64,000 nt of DNA from Eledone cirrhosa. Taxonomy: Eukaryota. The notes below the pieces were generated by a model. The model did no database searches. It was given only the letters and a program-made list of their open reading frames with translations, and was not told the DNA's origin. Of the stretch, positions 1 to 13,734 are shown piece after piece. Numbering within the stretch: the stretch's first letter is position 1; each line of letters begins with the position of its first letter. The position numbers and the translations under genes were made by a program. The stretch covers positions 124,248,001-124,312,000 of the forward strand of contig OZ024742.1 of NCBI GenBank assembly GCA_964016885.1. The letters run 5' to 3'.

Positions 1-1466
1 TAATCTACTGCAAGTACTATTTAGTTGGATGTTTTACACTCAGGAACATCATGGCGGAAATTGAAATTGAGAACATGCCACATTGAACTAAATACAGAAC
101 AGCGTCCAATTTCCAATATATATTTCGGCTACATTCAAATATATGTGTCACTGAAAATTTCATTTCAAAATTAATATTCATTTCTTCATATTAATATTCC
201 TTCCTTTTCATTTGTAGTCACCCTGAATTGGTTATAAATTTAAAGTTGCCTTTGTTTTTCATTTATGTGTTTCTTATACATTTATTCGCCCATGCCTTCC
301 CGACTATTTTCCCTATTCACTTCTAATTCATTCTGTTACGTTACTCTCTGTGTATATAAACCATTGTCTCCAATTATGTTCATCAATTAAACCATTGAAT
401 GATTTACGCGTTTGATTAGGTTTACATAGACGGACATCACACTGGTATATCACAAAGAAAAGTGTAATCTCTGTATGCATCTGCATTATTGTAATTTATT
501 GACATCATTGATGTTAACCTGAAATTAAAAGTTGCCGAGATTTTTATCACATTTAAAAATGTTAATGACTTGTGTCATTACGATAGTTAATAATCGCAAT
601 TGTCACATTATTCACCTTTCAGAAGTGTCAGACAATCTTTTCATAATTTTCTCTAAAATTAAGATGTATTATATAAAAAAAAAAAATAGATTGTTATAAA
701 TATAATATGAAAAATACACGAAAAGTTCAGTGACAAGTAGCAGAAACGTTTCGAGGGAGTGACACAACGTTACTTTCATTATCAAAATAAGTTCTCGATT
801 TTATTCATTTGAACTACTATATAAGGATAATAAAAACGATGCGTGAAAATGCTTGCCAACGTTCATATTGATTAAATTTTGTAAGTGTCAGCTGAAGGCA
901 GCAAAATATATATATATATAGTCATTAATCAGTAATTCATTAAATGAAACCCATAAAATCAATACGTTTGGAAAATGTATTTCAAAATGTAATATTTTGT
1001 GTCAACAATTTATTCTGTATGTTTTCCACAATACGACAAATGCAAAACAACGTAAGGAGGATCAACCCTTCTGAAAACATACATTGATATACTGAGTATA
1101 TATAGATATTCTATTTAAGGATGTGAATACTTACGATTAGTATTCTTTGATAAAGCAAAGCTAGGGTCAAACATATCACAGTAAATATGTAGAAGAACTA
1201 CCATGGCGATAACTGATAATTTTCAAATGTGAAAATTGCAAACTTGGCTGTCACCACAGAATATGACCCTGAAGATTGCGAAAGGATGAAAGTACTTGTT
1301 CAATTAACAATTAACATTTAATATTCTACCATACTATTTCATTCTAATACCATTATACATTTTAAAGGATTGTAAATAAAACGAGTAAATCAGTGAAAGA
1401 TGGAATTCCTTTTATTAATATAATCTTCTATACACAATCATACACACCCGTGTATATTTATTTATA

Positions 1467-1577
<111 letters not shown>

Positions 1578-1582
1578 TATAA

Positions 1583-1635
1583 AGTACCAGTAATACACTG
1601 GGTATTTGCTGGCCTTGTGCCAAATGTAGAAAGAG
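1583..1635 (+). mobile_element. SINE 3' fragment (tRNA-derived, Meta-domain family)
   Basis: aaagtaccagtaatacactggg...gctggccttgtgccaaatgtagaaa matches the 3' end of the full copy at 17238-17421. Confidence 0.75.
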
Positions 1636-1664
1636 TTATATATATATATATATATATATTTTTA

Positions 1665-1858
1665 AATAACTGTTTCTACGTTTGGCACAAAGCCACCAGT
1701 TAACCAGTGTATTACTGGTACTTTATTTTATCGACCCCGTAAGGATGAAAGGCAAAGTTAACCTCGGCGGGATTTGAACTCAGAATGGCAAGGGCCGTAA
1801 TTCTATGCATCAAAGCATGGCGTCCAACCCTGTACCGATACTGCCAATCCACCGCCCT
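1665..1858 (-). mobile_element. Full-length tRNA-derived SINE with Meta-like central domain
   Basis: Reverse complement of the 17238 copy: ggcggtggattggcagtatcgg head, gagttcaaatccc B-box, gcctttcatccttacggggtcgataaaataaagtaccag core. Confidence 0.85.
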
Positions 1859-2197
1859 TATATTTATATATAACGGCGATGAATTAGTTTTGCGAGGTTT
1901 TTGATATGCAATAGTGTGTCGAAACAAATATTGTTATACTTTGGGAGGGTCATATTTGTGTAATAATATTGCCGGAATTAATAATAGAACACACTCACTC
2001 TTTGGTTGGTTTTCGCTTCTGTATATTTTATATCAGTTAATTTAATTACTCGGTCCTCAATGTTACCATTGACTGACCAACGGTAAAAAATACAGATATG
2101 ATATACACTCAAACACATATATATAGTCTAACAAAGTTCAGGGAAATTAGCTAACCAGTGTAGAAAGGCCCTGAGAAAGACCCACTTAACGATTAAG

Positions 2198-2506
2198 GTG
2201 GTAGAAAAGCGAGGAACCACCATAAAATCTCTGATCAGCAAAACCTACCCTTTTAAGAAAACCCACTGTACTAATAGGAAATGTATTATATGTAAAGTAA
2301 AGCCCCGGATAAACTCTAAAACTAGAAAAGTAGTCTATAGCATAAGATGTACAGAGGGTACTTGCAGAAACATGACAACAACATACATAGGGAAGACAGC
2401 TCGTAACATAGGTGAAAGGATAGACCAACACTGGGGGGAACAAAAAGGTCGAAAAACGGTTCAGTACTATACGAAAACGCCAGACAAGAACATGACGGTA
2501 ACATAG
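2198..2506 (+). pseudogene. PLE GIY-YIG endonuclease fragment
   Basis: CxxxxCxxC linker, then VVY..C..C...YIGxTxR..ER..H; frameshifted at the C-terminus relative to the 58465 copy. Confidence 0.8.
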
Positions 2507-2908
2507 ACAACATAGAAATTAAAATAATATCTAAACATTGAAATGACCCAGCAGAGAGGAAATCAGAGACGCCAGCGAAATAGAACTTAAAAAGCTAAAC
2601 AGAAAGAATGAATGGAATAACAACAACGCCCAAACAAACAATACTGACCTAAGAGAACTATAAATAAATAAATATATAAATAAATACATACACAAGCACA
2701 ATAACAACAAACACATATAAACACACACTAGTAAACTAAGATAGAATACAATAACCAAAACAGTCACCAAAACACGAACACACCTCAAACACTATACATA
2801 CACGCAAACGCATGCGCAGAGAAGAAGACAAAAATAAATAAATAAATAGATAAATAAACGGATTAAATAAAGATGGCGTAGACATACAATTCAACAGGAG
2901 GAAACATA

Positions 2909-2963
2909 ATAGCACCCCTGACGATGTTGCAGATGAGCAACGAAAGAAATGTGTTAGACAATA
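2909..2963 (+). ncRNA. Degenerate type I hammerhead motif (family A pLTR)
   Basis: CUGACGA-U-GUUGC[AGAUGA]GCAAC-GAAA; the cleavage-triplet region is mutated relative to the 57894 copy. Confidence 0.6.
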
Positions 2964-3142
2964 TATATGTGTTTGTGTCTATATTATATCTTTATTTTTG
3001 ACCGTTGGTCAGGCAATGGTAACATTGAGAACAGAGTAAATTAAATTAACTGATATAAAAGATACAGAAGCGAAATCCAACCAATCAGTGAGTGTGTTTT
3101 ATTATTAATTCAGACAATATTATTTCACAAATATGACCCTCC

Positions 3143-3498
<356 letters not shown>

Positions 3499-4619
3499 AG
3501 TTTGATTAGCGATTCTTGTTACTCAGGTGTCTGATGTCACCGTGAGAAGCAGGTGAAATTCCAGAATAACAAAATTCACTAAAATTACATTAAGAGTACT
3601 ATAATGTTGAACAATGAAAACAAAAAGGCAAAGATTGGTGCTGAACTAGTTTATTGTTTTCCGATCGCTCAGAAGATTGATTGATACATCGATGTATTAT
3701 ATAATTGATACTGGTTTTCATCCCCAAATATTACTTGTCTCAATACTGTAGATCCATCTCACATTTTTCCACATATATACATATATATATATCTATATAC
3801 ATGCGTGAGTGCGTTTGAGAATGTGTGTATGTATGTACTTACGTATGTATGTAACATGTAACACAGTACAACCTCTCGCATGGTCGGGTCGTCGGCGTCT
3901 AAACAGGCAACCCCACCAAATTTACTTGGTGATTTTGGACACCCAGCAGGACAAAAAACAAAACCTGACAAAGGACGGAAGAACCCATAAGAGTCAACGT
4001 TCATCCATATGTGCATAAATATGTATATACAAATGTACATATGTGTATGCATGGGTGCATGTGTTTGTATATGCGCGGGGACATAGAAATAGTCGGGCTG
4101 GACACCCGATTGCGCGGTTGAACCACTGGGAGTGAAGGACCCCCAACCTTTGTCAGGGCATTCTTCTAGGAGAAGGCAGCTCAGGAAACTCCGATATAAA
4201 ACCTGTGGCTCAGTAGTTACCGATGATGTTGATCCTTTTTTCTTTTCGGGTTATAGCTACTGTCGCTCAGAGAGTGGGATTGGGTCAGTGCACAGTCTTT
4301 CCTCACTTTAAAAAAAATCTTCACGCACAGACATTCCACAATAGAATTAATTAATAATTATTGGTAATGGTATAACGTGCAATGGCCATACTCGATAACG
4401 AGCGGGCAGCCATCATGTATGTATGTATGTATGTATGTTTATATTTATTATTTATGTTTACATTTATATGCTTTTATATGCCCCGGCATCTACGCTATCA
4501 ACGTTCCGGATAAATTGATTTAAAATGTAAACCTGAATAAAACTATTTAATATACACGACAACTAAAAATGAAAAGAGTTCATTCCACTACACACGCTAG
4601 CTCAGAATCTGGGGAATAA

Positions 4620-5495
4620 GAAAGCCGATTATAATAACCCCAATACTTAACAAGTACTTTATATTATCGACCCAAGAATTATGTAATATAAATTTGACCT
4701 TAGCTGGAATTGAACTCAGAACGTAGAATGTCGTCACAAAATATTTCGAAGCATGTGTCCCAAGTTTATGGATACGAAAACAATAGGAAATAAAATATGC
4801 GCTAGGCAGAGCTCATTTTATACATAACCCAGTGACGTTGGCTGGCCCTTTACGATCTGAGTTCATATGATTTCTGAAATGAAAGTATAATACTTGTGCC
4901 AAAAGTAGAAACAATTATTTATACTTGAAATGGATTGGCAGTATCGATAGAGGGTCAGATGCCATGCATTGCAGCTTAGAGTTACGACCCTTTACGTTCT
5001 GAGTTCAAATCCCGCCGATGTTACCTTTGCCTTTCCTTCTTACGGGGATCGATAAGATAAAGTACCATTAATGCAGTGGGGTAACTGCTGGCCTTGTGCC
5101 AAAAGTAGAAACAATTATTGATACTTTATGTTCTGAGTTCAAATCCCGCCGATGTTAGCCTTGCCTTTCACATTTGCGGGGTTGATAAAAGAATGTATCT
5201 GTAACGCACCGAGGTCGATTTAATCACCTTCAACTTCCCTCCAAATTACTGGCTATGTGCCAAATGTAGAAACTATCATTTATATTTCTTAAGTCTGTTA
5301 GACTGGTATAATCGTGAGAGCGACTGGCAAATCCGTACCAGGTTTATACATTCTGAATTCAAATCCAGCCGATGTCAACTCTACTTTTCATCCTTCTGAG
5401 GTCAATGAAATAAATTACAAGGAATAGATACGAGTCGGATTAAACAGGTTGCTCCTTTTAAATTGGTTTCCTTTTGCATATGATAGGAGTAATTA
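4620..5495 (+). mobile_element. Cluster of head-to-tail SINE copies and fragments
   Basis: Repeated ctgagttcaaatcc...tttcatcc...gtgccaaaagtagaaacaattat units near 4800, 4931, 5125 and 5290, plus an opposite-strand fragment at about 4630-4740. Confidence 0.75.
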
Positions 5496-5711
5496 TTTAT
5501 AATTGTTTTCTGAGCACTAGTGGCCAGTAAGAGAAATATTTATTTAGATTTGCTTTGTGAAATTATATCAACAATATTCTAATCCCCAAGCAACTTTTTA
5601 TCAGGAATTTAAAATATTGCGGAGAAATATCGGATGATAGTAACAATTGTGACATGGGTTATATTACTAAAAGTAATTCCTGCAACATAGCAATATGCTA
5701 ACATATGTCTA

Positions 5712-7030
5712 GTTTTGCTCCCATAATCCTTTCAAATTCCTCCATTGGTAATGCTGTAGGCATATGCCGACACAGACATGCCATTATCCGGTTCCAGCGT
5801 GATGCCTTTCAGCAGCTCCGGTTTCCACAATAAAGCCTTGAGATTGACATTCATTACGTACAGAAGATAGGAAAGAGGGAATACTTGACGGGCCGATCGG
5901 GAGATCTGAAACGGGTCGGAAATATGGTCATTAACTTCGAGCATCAAACAAATGCCGCTGTGCATCGTAGAGATCCACCCTCAGAAGACGGCAAAGAAGC
6001 CATCAAAATAGGGACTGAAATCCGCTTCCGTCTCCGGTTCATCACACTCCCAGAAGAGCTGAGCAAAGTGCTGGTGAAAAGCCTCAAACTACTGCCCATG
6101 GAACAGCTTTGGTTCCCTCATTTCTCAGAGCGCGGGCCGTAGCTCTGATAACGCAACCTTCACGTTTTGCATTGATGAAGTAGTCTAATGCCATGCTCTC
6201 CTCCAGCACGATAGTTGTATTGCCACTACGAATAGTATCTTTTAATTTAACTACCAGCTCGCTATTCTTTCTACTTTCCTCTAACGCTACATCTTTACTA
6301 AGACCTATCAAGATTAATCTACTTTCCCCTTTGAGAGCCCCAACACCACCTGTTGTTGACGCCTCACCCAGATAACCTTCGCTTTACTAAATTGTTAACC
6401 CGGTCCCTTAAGCCTTATTTGCCGGAAACAATATGTTCAGCCTCCAGTAAGAATGTTCTAACCTGCCCGAATTATCTAGGTCGACACTACAGAGCACAAA
6501 CATGTGATCTGAATAGGCCACCGTTTGACAGTTTGGACAACCTATATTATTTCAATATATCGACCTCATTATTTAAAAAAATATCTATATATTATTTTGA
6601 TGACACTATGCGATTGGTCTAGCTCCACACTGGCGTATTAGGGATATCTAACCGGTACCAGTCAGACATTTGGAACGATCTGCTCAGTTACTTGAGGCGT
6701 TTGCACTACTCACCTCTTCTATTAGCTACTCCCACACAATCCAAGTGTGCGTCTAAGATGCCGTTCCAGTCTCCCGCTAACAGTAAAGGGTGAGACGTTC
6801 CCAGAAAGGCTCCCAGGCACCTAATGAAATCCGACAATCAGGCCGCGGTTGGGGTGTAGACAGCTACCAGTTCAAAGGCATCACATTGACTATTTCGTAC
6901 TGTCCGGGTCCCGGAATATCGACCTAACCGCTAGATCCATCTCCTTCCTAAACAGCACTGCCACCCCATTTCACATTCCGAGCCGACTAAGAGATGCGAA
7001 GATTTCATAGCCGCCTAAAATGTGGCTAAT
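5712..7030 (-). mobile_element. Decayed L1/Tx1-like LINE (APE endonuclease and RT remnants)
   Basis: RQVFPLSYLLYV (RQGCPLSPLLY-like) and VSAYAYSIT (VSAYADD-like) in ORF 5732-5965; LVAVYTP and GDWNGILD endonuclease motifs on the minus strand at about 6750-6870. Confidence 0.7.
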
Positions 7031-7213
7031 ATATGATATTTTCTAAAATATACAGAACTGAACTGATGAAGTATAATGACCCAGAAACATTAGTGTCTGC
7101 AGTTCTGTTTACATGCCAACACAAGAGCAAGAATGAGGGGCTCATTCTACTGACATGGCTTAAAAGAGTATGTTTGCATGATTACAAACGAATCGAATAT
7201 TATTATTTGCCAT

Positions 7214-7318
7214 TCTGAGTTCAAATCCCGCCGAGGTTAACTTTGCCTTTCATCCTTACGGTGTCGATAAAATAAAGTACCAGTAATACACCTTGTGCCT
7301 AATGTAGAAACAATTATT
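7214..7318 (+). mobile_element. 5'-truncated SINE
   Basis: ttctgagttcaaatcccgccgaggttaactttgcctttcatcc...aaagtaccag. Confidence 0.8.
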
Positions 7319-7533
7319 TAATATTCGAAAAGCTCAGATTACATTTATTGTATTTAGCCATGTAGAGCGATAACTTTGGGTTATCTATATATATATATAT
7401 AGTGTTGTCTCGAAAATCAGGGTGAAGAATAGAGCATTAGAAATTTATAGAATAAGTTGAAACCCATGCAAAGAATATTGCCCAAACCGTAAAATATCCT
7501 CAATGACGACTTTGGGTAAAGGCTTACCTGAAC

Positions 7534-7605
<72 letters not shown>

Positions 7606-8577
7606 AGCGTGTGAGTATGTGTGTCTGTGTGTTGTGGTACACAAGTTGATTGATCTTGTCATTCCGTTTAGTATATAATGTAATTGTAGGAAAAGCACTA
7701 TACCTCATAAAACTCATCCATCGTTGATATTAGGTCCCATGGTTGGTTCAGGAATGTTGTTAAATATTAATTTCATTAAAACAACAGGAGGACGGAATGG
7801 CGGTATCCTTTTAAAGTGTTATTGTCGCAAAACACACTATTATAATTAACTAATTCAAAGCACTGAATGATTTTAGAAACAAGGTTTGGCGTCTTGAGTA
7901 TGACTCGGAAATACATCAGTCCGTTAGTCGGTGGTGTAACGCATACCAGATACATTTTAATAGCAGTGATGCTTATGATAATGTGATATAATTATGGTAT
8001 GGATAAAAATGTCAAGTATATATTTAAATGTAAAATTGAAAACTTAATATATAATAAAATTCATGTAAACTAAATTAAATCAGTAGCTACTATTGGGTCT
8101 CTTGGTTGGTTCAATGTCAGATTACATATGGAAAATAATATAATTTATTTCTACAAAATATGAAAATACAGAAAATCAAGTGCTAAATTATGAGTAATTT
8201 TATATTTTATAGTCTGCATTTCCCTGTGTAGTTACAATACAGGGGAACCGTATCGAATGATAGCTGGTGAGTAAATTACGAGTGGGGGTGGAGTATAATT
8301 GAATATATAATTAATGGATGGTAAATAAGTAAAAGATGTAGTGAAATGCAATTAATTAAAAATTATTGCTTTGGAGAAAAATTATTACAGAGACATGTGG
8401 TTTAGAATGTTATAGCGCATATGAAGTATAAGATAAAGTCATATGTGTATATAATGTGTAACACGTTATATTTGAAATATATAATGTAATGAAAACAAAA
8501 ATCCAAAATAAAATAAAATTAAATTAAATCAAAATATGAAATCCGATAATATATTATGTTAATGCGAAATTCCAAAC

Positions 8578-10053
8578 CAGGGGTCGGCAACCTTTTGGAG
8601 AGAGAGGGCCAAACAGCTATGCAGTGTCATGGAGGAGGGCCATCTTATTAAATATGTCAATACACTTTCTGGAGGTTTAAAGCAAAATAAATAATTTAAT
8701 GTAATTTTATTTTAACAAGGTCCCTTATTTTACTGCAGGAATAACAGAAAAACAACTACTATCACAATAAAAAAAAAAGCAAATTCCTTGTTACAAACGA
8801 AATACAGTTAGAAAATGTAAATGATTTAATGAGACACTTGTTTCTGCTTATTGTACGATAACTTCTCCACATGAGGTGAAATATTTGTCGATGACAGGAG
8901 CTAAACATCATCCTTGTTCATAAATGACTTTTAGTATATTTCATTTGGGAAACAAGTTGTTCACAAGCATATGTACATCCAAATAATGATATCATCATGT
9001 TCGCATTAGTCAAGATGTTTTTATATTTTCTGCTTGGCAATATATATTTCTTGTAGAGTCAGCAGTGGATTCGAACTGAAATTTTGATTTCAAAGATTCG
9101 TCGCACTGTAAGTCAATTAACTCCAATTGATATTCTTCTTAAAAGTTCGGTACTCCAAATCGACTTTTCTTTTCTTAGCTACCATGGGCTTGTTTTTATT
9201 CAAACAAAAAAGATTTATGGAAAGGAAAAAGAACAAAAAGTATAAAAATCTTATGAAGAAATAAGAAACAATGAAAACAAATGTAAATGCAAATACGGTA
9301 AATATGATAATTGGGAATAAATTATATAAAACTAGGTTTCTAACAACGTTGTTAGATCAGGGTTGCCATTTGTTTTTTAAACCACTTCTGGCCTAATTCT
9401 AATAATAATAATTCAGACAATTTATCACAAATAATTAAATAAAAGTTATTATCGAATAAAGATACCTACTGTATAGTTGTTATATCACCAGCCAACAAAC
9501 TCAAATGAAAATACTCTGGGGAGGAGGGATCAAAGTAATTTTTCCAAGGGCAGCTTTACCTTGTGCCGGGGGGCACAGGTAAGGTCAGGAAAACGTAGAC
9601 GACAATAATTCACGACTGATTTTATTGAATGACAATATGGGTATGAAAGCGAGTCATGCGAACCGTAAGGTAGTTTACCTTCCAGTCGCTGACGAAAATT
9701 CATACTTCCAGCCAACATTTGTGTTTGTTGACTGGAACAAAAACACATACATGAAATCACAGGAAATAATAATAATACAGGTGATATAATGCTTGGCGGA
9801 AAGCCCAGAAAAAGATGGATAAGAGGAAATAATAATAAATGGAAAATATAATAAAGTTACAAAGGTATCTGTAAATATATACGGTATGAGCAGCGATTTG
9901 TGATGGGCATCATGTCGACACAACCGTGAAGTGAACTACTGTATCTGCATTCGATACTAATTAGATAATTAGTGTCCAGTGTAAGATGGAGGGCCGGACA
10001 AAAATCACTCGAGGGCCTGATGTGGCCTGCGGGCCGAGGATTGCCGACTCCTG
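8578..10053 (-). mobile_element. Internally deleted hAT (Buster/SPIN/Charlie-like) DNA transposon
   Basis: TIRs CAGGGGTCGGCAAC and CAGGAGTCGGCAAT; 8-bp flanks ttccaaac/ctctaaac; minus-strand transposase C-terminal remnant LIDLQCD...SLFGCTYACEQL..MKYTKS at about 8920-9125. Confidence 0.85.
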
Positions 10054-10061
10054 CTCTAAAC

Positions 10062-10774
10062 CAAAGGTTCTCAACCGGAGACATATGCACCCCCGGGGGC
10101 GTTTCGGAGCTCCAGGGGGGAGTTTGGGAGCAATGTCACGTTAGGGGGGCGTTTGGAGCTGGGGGAGGGGGTTGAGGTGGCGCTGGAAGGCTCTTTATTT
10201 TGGTAAGTTTTATAAGCCATATTTGTATGTCTTTTGAGACAGCCAGTGTGAATGCATTTGCATGAGCTTGGAGACAGCATAACTATAGTCTGACCGAAGC
10301 TGTGAGCAGGTGAGTCCGGTAATTGAGATCCTAAAAATGGAAAAACCCACAGTCAACTGGGTCAAAGACACTTTGAGCGCAGCCAGTTAGAATCTTATCT
10401 TTCCTTCACCGATACAATGTATTTCATGTCTGAATTTAATGGGTCAACCGTAACGAGTTAACACTATGTAGATACATTTTATTCCCTATTGTATAAATAA
10501 TATTACAAATAAAAAAAAGAAAAAAAAAAACCAGAAGCGAGTAGCACACACATCTAGGACCACATGCAACACATAATCAGATAATACACACATCTAGAAC
10601 AACATACAACACAATCAGATAATACACACATCTTTGTAATATTGTTAATCAATTTTTTAGTAATCTACTGATATAAAAATCAGTAGTATATTGAAAAATG
10701 GAAAAATAGGGGGGTGTTTCGTGATTTCGAGGGACAAAAGGGGGTGTTTGGCCTAAATGGGTTGAGAACCTCTG
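10062..10774. mobile_element. Non-autonomous hAT element (MITE-like)
   Basis: TIRs CAAAGGTTCTCAACC and CAGAGGTTCTCAACC; perfect 8-bp TSD ctctaaac at 10054-10061 and 10775-10782; internal ~40-bp tandem duplication at 10546-10632. Confidence 0.85.
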
Positions 10775-13734
10775 CTCTAAACTATAGAGGTAAAAGCACA
10801 GTCAGTACAAGGAATTCAAATAGAATCACGCCTAAACATCAAATAATTTAGAGTCTCTGTCAGAAATCTCATATGGTTTTATGTAACCATTAAGGAGTGT
10901 CGTATGACCATGCAGGTAGACTAAGTTGCAGCAAGTAACACTGGTCTGGAGTGGTAGTCCTTATATATTGGTGTCTGGATCTGAATTACATCACAAAGCG
11001 GTAAAAGGAGCTGTATTCATTTATGTTTTCAGGTTTACCAATGGATATAACTGGTCATTCCGTTTAGTTAACTATGATTTAATAGCAAGAAAAACACTCC
11101 ACATTATGCAACACAGGGAGGAGTTAAATATTTGATTAAACAAACAGGCGGCCGGAATTGAGATATCCTTTTAAAGTTTTATTGTTGCAAAAAAAGAAAA
11201 AAACGCTGTACATATCTCAATTGCTTGGTTTCGTACGACTCTGCCGACATCATCAGACACGGATTACATAATTAGTAAATCAAAAGAATTACGGCAAACA
11301 CAACCAGAGAATAGAGAACATATTTGATTCGGAGATGGCTCGCGAAATCGGTGTTATTGTCTCGGAGGACCATCTATGCCGACATGTTTATCTATATATA
11401 ATTTTCACAATCACTACATCCGCCAGCTGTGGATACGGAACCATGTATTACCCGTAATACTGACTTTTGTGTGTAGCTATTATTGAAAAAAAGCCTATAT
11501 CTTCTTCTTCAACTACAGAATGCTTTATGTCAATTTAGAACATGACTTCTCTTGAAATATTTCTTTAAACATATTGGTGTAGAATTGATAAAACATTTTA
11601 TGAGTGGGAGATCATTTCTCCATTGCCCTGTGTGAATGGAAATACGGCTTAACACACAATACGAGAAATATAATAACTTCTGCGTAATTAAATACATTGC
11701 AACAATAGTTTTCTTTGTATTGTTCTAGAAGCCCATATATTGATTTTATTGTACCTTTCCAAATAAGTACTGCATTCTTCTGGTGCATTAATGCACACAA
11801 TATAGAATATGTTGTTGTTTTATCTGGTGAAATGCAAATGCAGAAGACCTCTCAAGACATTAAAGAGAGTCACTGAAGAAGATACAGAACTACCCGTTGA
11901 AGAACAGGCAGCTAGTTTGATCGTGTGAGATGAAGAGATTTTATCATGTCATCATAAAGAAGTTGATGAATTCAGTGATTAGTAGTTAGTATATGAACTA
12001 ACTTGATAAACATTATATCTGTTTATATATTTATATCATGATACCAAAAATACGTCGTGTTATGTGCAATATGAATTTCTATGATTTAGTATTCAATGCT
12101 GTCTTAGCGTTATTTAAATTGCGCGTTTTAACTGTTGAATTAATAATATCTACTGTTGAATTAATTTGAAATAATTGTGGTGTATGCTACTTTTAAATAG
12201 TAACACACTACCAAATTGCTCTCGGTAGAATAAGATGATATTGTCTGCACAACGTCATTATAAATGTAATTCTATAGTGGACATCCAATAGAAAACAACT
12301 TTTTAATCAGTTACCTCTTAACATTTCCTCATATATCAATGTTTCAAGGAAGAATATAAAAGCTACCTGTAATGAATTATATACTACAGATGTCATTCTC
12401 AATTTCTATTTAAAACCTTGCAAAATTTAGACCTTACTAGACGCAACCTTTCTCACTTCATTATTATCAAATGTCGTTGATGACATCGTGTTGCAACCGC
12501 CAGCTACATCTGCGAACAATACTTATGAAGTATTATATTGAAGAAGGGATAGGTGGTAAAGGTAACAAAAACAACTAGTATATTACTGATAATCATTTGA
12601 CTTATCTATAACATGTGTCACAGCATTGAATGCTTCTCAAAAGATTGGAAGGAAAATAAATGTTTCGCAAACGGAATTGTTGCTAAATGAGGAAAAAGAT
12701 TGTTATGTGAGGTCACGGGAACAATGATGACGATTGGCAGTGAAATGATTACACGGGCAGAGTGGTTTCTTCAGAAATATTCTGTTATATCTAGTCAAAG
12801 CTTTAGGATGCTCTTTCAGTCGTTTGCTTATACACTCATATAGTATTCGCGCCGATTTCAATATCAATATATATTTAAACAAATCTTATTTTCTCATTGT
12901 CGAACGTATTCATTGGCTGGCCTTCTTTAGAAACTAATTAAGAAACACTATTCATTCATCTAATTACTTCCTTACTAACTTTTCTCGCTTCGATTCTCAT
13001 TTCTCTTATTTTCCTGCACACTGATATATTCTCACAGGCATACAATCAATCATATACACCCGGAAATTCGCACACATACATGTTAGATCGTAGAGAAACT
13101 GGCTTCCGTGGATATAATGTTATCAAATGACGGCATGATACCATAATATTTCACAATTTCCACACACGTGTGTGTTTATCATTCCGACACATTGATAACA
13201 ACTCTTCTCCCTCGCTAACTGAAAGTGTTTCAGTATACAAGGTGTTCGGTTGCATAGAATAACGAGAGCCTCGGAATAAATGTTTGCAGCATTCATTCTC
13301 TATCTCTCCGCACTGAGTTCAAACCCAACCGATAGCAACTTTGTATTTCAGGCTTTCCTGGTTGATACATAAAGCATGAATTCAGAATTGTCTTCTCTTT
13401 CTCATTTCCTTACTTTCTCTCTTTATTTGTTTCTCTCCCTACTTATCCGTTTCTAATAGAAAGAGAAAATTAGATGTGGCCTAACCATTCGGAAAAAAAT
13501 GGATACCCCACTCAGCAAGGCATAACTTGCTCATGGCACAACGTATATCAAGACTCTGATAAGAGTTAAGGTCTCAGTGGAAATTGATTTATGATGGATA
13601 TATACACATGATTTTATTGATGTTCGTTTCACAGAGAATGAAAGAATTCACATATATAGACTGAATAGAGTGTATTGAATAATGGATTTGATATGTCTCT
13701 TTTGAGAGAAGAAATACTGCAGAAGGCTCGAAAA

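Noticed and set aside
1071-1300. Minus-strand exon with AG/GT ends, and a ctgaaga...gaaa hammerhead-like string
   Set aside because: All three frames of the putative exon contain stops; no stems I or III for a hammerhead.
3870-4400. GC-rich segment resembling a LINE 5' UTR or HDV-like ribozyme
   Set aside because: Could not build a consistent P1-P4 fold by eye; no linked ORF.
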